From: Vicinamibacteria bacterium
Lineage (GTDB): Bacteria; Acidobacteriota; Vicinamibacteria; Marinacidobacterales; Marinacidobacteraceae
Assembly (NCBI GenBank): GCA_964291235.2
Contig: OZ219815.1
Span: 544,001-608,000 of the forward strand
Direction of reading: 5' to 3'
DNA length: 64,000 nt
The notes beneath the pieces were generated by a model. It was not told where the DNA came from. It saw nothing but the letters and a program-made list of their open reading frames with translations, and did not search any database. Below, in pieces: positions 59,952 through 64,000 of the stretch (position 1 is its first letter; every line of letters begins with the position of its first letter). The position numbers were made by a program, and so were the translations under genes.

Positions 59952-61895
59952 GTGCCTTCGTCCCGATTCGCCGTGGTCGCGTTCCTGCTGGCGACGACTT
60001 GGGCCTGCGGCGCTGGCGGTGATCGCCAGGACGCGCAACGGGACACCGAACCCGTCGAGGCCCCCCGAAACCCGCTTCGAGATCCGGGGGAGGGGACAGG
60101 CGCGGAGGTCTGCGGAGCGTGCCACGCGGAGATCGCCGCCGTACAGGCGGACCACCCGATGGCCCAAACCGCCGGTGCGGTGACCGAAGACACGCGCGAC
60201 CGCTGGTTTTCGGACGAGATGCTCGCGCGAGCTGTCTCCTGGCAAGCGGGAATCGGTCCGCAACCAGCCTACGAACCGCTGACCGAAGGCACGGTCCGGT
60301 TGGCCGTTCCCGGTGCGGATTCGTCCGCGGTTCCCGTGGACGCGGTCTTCGGGTCCGGCCTCCGGGGGCTGACTCCCGTTTCCTTTGCACCCGGCGCCCG
60401 GCTTCGTGAGTTGCGACTCTCGTTCTCTCACGCTCGGAATGGGTGGATCCCGACTCCGGGCGGCGAGGACGACGAGGACCCGCTCGGCGACCTCGACACC
60501 GTAGAGGAGAGCGCGAGCTGCATCGGCTGCCACGCCACCGCGCTCGCCTGGGACGAAGAAGGTCGCTTCGATCCGCACCGGGCGGTGCTCGGTGTCTCCT
60601 GCGAGCGTTGCCACGGCTCGGGGATCACCCACGTGGAAGCCCAGTCCGCGGGAGGCGAACCCGGGCCCATCTTCCACCCGGGACGGCTGTCTCCGGCTGA
60701 CCAGGTCGCCTTCTGCGGGCAGTGCCACCGCCAGCCGACCGACTTCGAGCCGCGGGAGATCCTGGCCCGCGACCCGCTGCTCGCGCGCCACGCCGGAGCG
60801 AGCCTGATGATGAGCGCGTGTTTCCGGGAATCGCCCCCGGAGCAGACCATCACCTGCACCGAGTGTCACGACCCTCATCGCGCCGAGCCCGCCGGGCCGG
60901 ATCGAACCCGCGCCGTCTGCTCGCGTTGCCACGCGGACGCCGCCGCGTTGCACCTCCAGACTCCCGTGACGAGCGAGTCGGACTGCGCCGGGTGCCACCT
61001 GCCGTCCCAGAGCGAGGCGTTTGACGGCACCCCGTTCACCGACCACTGGATCCGGCGTCCCGGAGGGCCGCCGACCCGGGGCTCCGCCGCCGGCCGCCGC
61101 GAACTCACCTGGCTGGAAGAGCTCTATCAGCGGCGGATGCCCGAGGAGAACCCTCCCGCCAAGGCCGCCCGCCTGCGGGCGGGCCTCGCGGAGCTATTGC
61201 ATGTCCGCGGCGCCCGGAGCGAGGCGCAGATGCTGCTCCGGGAGGCGCTGGACCTCGGCCCGGACTATGAAACCCGGTTGAAGGCCGGCGCTTTGTTCCG
61301 GGACGGCGGGCAGACCCGAGAGGCGCTGGCCGTCTTTCGGGAAGCGGCGGCCGAGCGGCCCGGAAGGCCGCACGCGCACTACGAACTTGGCGACACACTG
61401 CTGCAATCCGGCGCCTACGCGAATGCAGTGGCGCCGCTCACCACCGCTGCCGAACTCAGCAGGGATTCCGCGGGGGTGTATGCCGCGCTCGGCGCGGCGC
61501 TCCTGGGGGCCGACCGTCCCGCAGACGCGGTCGCGGCGTTTCGGGAGGCGCTGGAGCAGGAACCCGGCCTGCCGGCGGCGCTCGGGCCCCTGGCCGGAAT
61601 CCTCGCCACGCATCCCCGGCGCGATCTCAGGAATCCAGCGGAAGCGCTTCGTCTGGCCGAGCGCCTCGCCGGGCAGTTCTCCTTCCAGGAACCTCGATCC
61701 CTGGATCTCTTCGGTGCCGCCTACGCGGCCACTGGTGACTTCCCGAATGCGATGCAGGCGGCGGAACGCGCCGCCACCCTGGCCGATCGATCTGGATCGG
61801 CCGACCTGGCAACAGCGATCCGCCAGCGACTCACCCTCTACCGCGCCGGTCGTTCCTACGTGGGCCCGCTGCCCACCGCTGCTATCAGGCCCTGA
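59952..61895 (+). CDS. Multiheme (7 CxxCH) cytochrome c lipoprotein fused to C-terminal TPRs
   Basis: Lipobox TWAC; CGACH, CIGCH, CERCH, CGQCH, CTECH, CSRCH, CAGCH; FTDHWI; TPR helices. Confidence 0.9.
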   Translation: MPSSRFAVVAFLLATTWACGAGGDRQDAQRDTEPVEAPRNPLRDPGEGTGAEVCGACHAEIAAVQADHPMAQTAGAVTEDTRDRWFSDEMLARAVSWQAGIGPQPAYEPLTEGTVRLAVPGADSSAVPVDAVFGSGLRGLTPVSFAPGARLRELRLSFSHARNGWIPTPGGEDDEDPLGDLDTVEESASCIGCHATALAWDEEGRFDPHRAVLGVSCERCHGSGITHVEAQSAGGEPGPIFHPGRLSPADQVAFCGQCHRQPTDFEPREILARDPLLARHAGASLMMSACFRESPPEQTITCTECHDPHRAEPAGPDRTRAVCSRCHADAAALHLQTPVTSESDCAGCHLPSQSEAFDGTPFTDHWIRRPGGPPTRGSAAGRRELTWLEELYQRRMPEENPPAKAARLRAGLAELLHVRGARSEAQMLLREALDLGPDYETRLKAGALFRDGGQTREALAVFREAAAERPGRPHAHYELGDTLLQSGAYANAVAPLTTAAELSRDSAGVYAALGAALLGADRPADAVAAFREALEQEPGLPAALGPLAGILATHPRRDLRNPAEALRLAERLAGQFSFQEPRSLDLFGAAYAATGDFPNAMQAAERAATLADRSGSADLATAIRQRLTLYRAGRSYVGPLPTAAIRP

Positions 61896-62004
61896 CATCC
61901 GCTTCCGCGGATCATCGAACGAGCCGGAGCCGCAACGCGCGGGTACACTGCGTGGCCCGGCCATGTCCGAAACGGTTGGCCTCAATTTCCCAAGGAGCGG
62001 CACC

Positions 62005-63123
62005 ATGCGCGACGTGAAGATCCTCTTGCTGGCGGGTGGCCTGGCGTTCGCCGTCTCTGGCTGTGGCGGCGACATGCCCTCCGAAATGGAGGAGCCGGCG
62101 GGGAACGCCGACCTCATCCAGCGGAACCTGCCAAACCCGAATCCGGTGGTGATCACCCAGTGGGCGGATCTCCCGGACGGACGGACGTGGGGCTCCACGG
62201 CGGGCGTGGACATCGACCCGGATGGCCATGTGTGGGTCTATGACCGCTGCGGCGCAAACGCGCTGGCCGGAGGCTGCGAGGAGAACCCCGACGTGAATCC
62301 GGTCCTGAAGTACGACCGCCACACCGGCGAGTTGCTCGCGGAGTTCGGCGCCGGACTCTTTGTCCTGCCCCATGGTCTCCATGTGGATAGCGACGGCAAC
62401 GTCTGGGTCACCGATTCGCAGGGCAACGAGGCGGGCACCAAGGGACACCAGGTCATCAAGTTCAGTCCCGAGGGCGAAGTGCTCCTGCGCCTCGGGGTCG
62501 CCGGGCAGCCGGGCACCGGCCCCGGCCAGCTCTACGAGCCCTGCGACGTCATCACCGCGCCGAATGGCGACATCTTCGTCTCGGACGGCCACAGTGGGCA
62601 GAATCCGGATCCCCCGGAAGGGCGCACCGGACGCATCCTCAAGTACGACTCCGAAGGCAACTTCATCAAGGAGTGGGGCATCATCGGCTTCCGGCCGGGG
62701 CAGCTCCGCACGCCGCACGCCCTCGAGTTCGACTCCCAGGGTCGGCTGTTCGTGGCCGACCGGGGCAACCACCGAATCCAGATCTTCGACCAGGACGGGA
62801 ACCTGCTGGACACCTACTACCAGTTCAGCCGGATCAGCGGGCTGTTCATCACCGATGACGACATGCTCTACGCGATCGACTCCGAGTCCACCGAGACGAA
62901 CCACTACGGGTGGCTGAACGGAGTCCGGATCGGCCACGCCAGCGAGGACAAGGTGACGGCGTTCATTCCGCCGCATTACCCAACCGAGGGCCGGGTGCTT
63001 CAGGGCGTCGCGGGCGAGGGCGTCGCGGTGGACGAGGACGGCAACGTATTCGTGGCCGAAGGGCCGGCCTCGCGTCCAACGGCCGGCGGCGGCCTTACCA
63101 AGTACGAACGCGCCCAGGAGTGA
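62005..63123 (+). CDS. NHL-repeat, peptidyl-alpha-hydroxyglycine amidating lyase (PAL)-like lipoprotein
   Basis: AAGGAG RBS, lipobox VSGC, FVLPHGL.VD.DGNVWVTD, GHQV.KFSP.G, TPHAL, VADRGNHRIQIFDQDG. Confidence 0.88.
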   Translation: MRDVKILLLAGGLAFAVSGCGGDMPSEMEEPAGNADLIQRNLPNPNPVVITQWADLPDGRTWGSTAGVDIDPDGHVWVYDRCGANALAGGCEENPDVNPVLKYDRHTGELLAEFGAGLFVLPHGLHVDSDGNVWVTDSQGNEAGTKGHQVIKFSPEGEVLLRLGVAGQPGTGPGQLYEPCDVITAPNGDIFVSDGHSGQNPDPPEGRTGRILKYDSEGNFIKEWGIIGFRPGQLRTPHALEFDSQGRLFVADRGNHRIQIFDQDGNLLDTYYQFSRISGLFITDDDMLYAIDSESTETNHYGWLNGVRIGHASEDKVTAFIPPHYPTEGRVLQGVAGEGVAVDEDGNVFVAEGPASRPTAGGGLTKYERAQE

Positions 63124-63148
63124 TTCCCGAGAATCATCCCGGCCAGCG

Positions 63149-63394
63149 ATGCGCACCGTTACCGAACGGCAGCTTCGCAACGATGTCACGGCCATCTTGC
63201 ATCGAGTAGAGGCAGGTGAGCATCGGACCGTTCCCTGCAACGGGAAGCCGGTGGCGGAACTGAGGCCGGTGGCGGTTCGCCGGTTTGTACCCAGGGCGGT
63301 AGTCAAGGCAGCGGCCGCGACGGGACCGCGCATCGATGCCGAGCGGTTTCACACTGACCTCGATGCGCTCGTAATTCAGGATATCGACGTCTGA
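63149..63394 (+). CDS. Phd/YefM-family antitoxin
   Basis: MRTV..RQLRN....IL.RVEAGE...V..NGKPVAELRP. Confidence 0.87.
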   Translation: MRTVTERQLRNDVTAILHRVEAGEHRTVPCNGKPVAELRPVAVRRFVPRAVVKAAAATGPRIDAERFHTDLDALVIQDIDV

Positions 63395-63407
63395 AGAAAA
63401 CCCTTCA

Positions 63408-63820
63408 TTGCCTTCCCGAGCGTTGGACAGTGTTCGCGGTCTCTTTGACAATTCCGTCGTCATTGACCTGGACTTGATCAACAGCGACGACCTTCCGGAC
63501 GACACCGCAATCTCCGCCGTCACGCTCGCCGAACTCGCCGCGGGTCCGCACGCCGCGTTGGACGAGCCGGAGCGCGGCCGCCGGCAAGACCGGTTGCAGT
63601 GGGCAGCCTCGAACTGGGGTCCGCTCCCACTCGATGCAGAGGTCGCCCGCGCCTACGGCCGTGTTTGCGCAACGATGCGCGGCAGCAGTCGTGCAAGCCG
63701 CCGCCGGCTGGCTGACCTGCTCATCGCGGCGACCGCTCTGGCTCACGGACTGCCGCTGCTTACGCGAAATCCGCCGATGTCTCCGGTCTGGAGGATCTCG
63801 TCCAGATCAAGGCCGTGTGA
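63408..63820 (+). CDS. vapC: VapC (PIN-domain) toxin; frameshifted near 63773
   Basis: GLFDNSVVID, ISAVTLAEL..G, ADLLIAATALAHGLPLLTRNP. Adding one base gives ADVSGLEDLVQIKAV* ending at 63820. Confidence 0.85.
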
Positions 63821-64000
63821 ATCGCGGGTCGGAGTTCTTGCGCCTGGTCGCGGCCGGCGGCCTCACCAAGTACGAACGCACCCAGGAGTAGCCTTCGGAG
63901 CGCGCGCTTCCTGAGGTGAGGAGCGCGTTCAACTTGCCCAGGACTTCGGCCACGACCTGGGGCGGCGCCGACACCGCCAACTTCAACCGGCGCGCACCCC
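63807..64000 (-). CDS. C-terminal fragment of a possible MazF/PemK-family toxin; begins beyond the right edge
   Basis: Manual translation GARRLKLAVSAPPQVVAEVLGKLNALLT resembles the MazF/ChpB C-terminal helix. The frame continues to a TGA at 63809-63807. Confidence 0.4.
   Translation of the reverse strand, partial: GARRLKLAVSAPPQVVAEVLGKLNALLTSGSARSEGYSWVRSYLVRPPAATRRKNSDPRFTRP

Larger units (their letters stand above)
63088..63889 (+). repeat. 34-bp direct repeats (3' end of the NHL gene) flanking the TA module
   Basis: 63088-63121 and 63856-63889: GGCGGCCTYACCAAGTACGAACGCRCCCAGGAGT, 2 mismatches. Confidence 0.88.

Noticed and set aside
56965-61895. MtrAB-type extracellular electron transfer conduit
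   Set aside because: The barrel is an Oar-like plugged receptor rather than MtrB, the cytochrome has 7 hemes plus TPRs rather than 10, and a strong terminator separates them.

Overview
High-GC bacterial chromosomal DNA. The gene repertoire (Oar-type outer-membrane receptors, VPS10/BNR protein, CRTAC1/FG-GAP + TPR + multiheme proteins, futalosine pathway, LptD) suggests a diderm, probably Acidobacteriota (inference). Left to right: branched/terpenoid acyl-CoA catabolism genes (enoyl-CoA hydratase, AtuA-like, MCC beta); a lipoprotein D-cysteine-desulfhydrase-like enzyme; an orphan higA and an AAA-ATPase remnant; a yebC-ruvC-ruvA-[membrane MutS-like]-ruvB-queA-ridA-VPS10 run; an SbnI-like ParB/Srx kinase; a Liv-type ABC transporter; a ~450-aa (RKKxS/T)n histone-H1-like protein; mqn menaquinone genes interrupted by a REP/REPIN cluster; corC-like/tilS/ftsH/cdaA/cdaR/lepB; yggS, dinG, glyA; a homogentisate-phytyltransferase/ChlG-like UbiA gene coupled to a DUF92 (VTE6-like) gene; lptD; an nfuA-like gene bracketed by inverted MITE copies; a ~16-kb envelope locus with two paralogous Oar-like receptors, a matrixin, CRTAC1, TPR, heptaheme-TPR and PAL-like NHL proteins; and a vapBC module flanked by a duplicated gene end. 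Four single-base frameshifts (queA, ubiX, vapC, AAA remnant) may be sequencing errors. No rRNA, tRNA, CRISPR array, integrase or transposase was seen. All family calls come from motif recognition by eye, not database searches.
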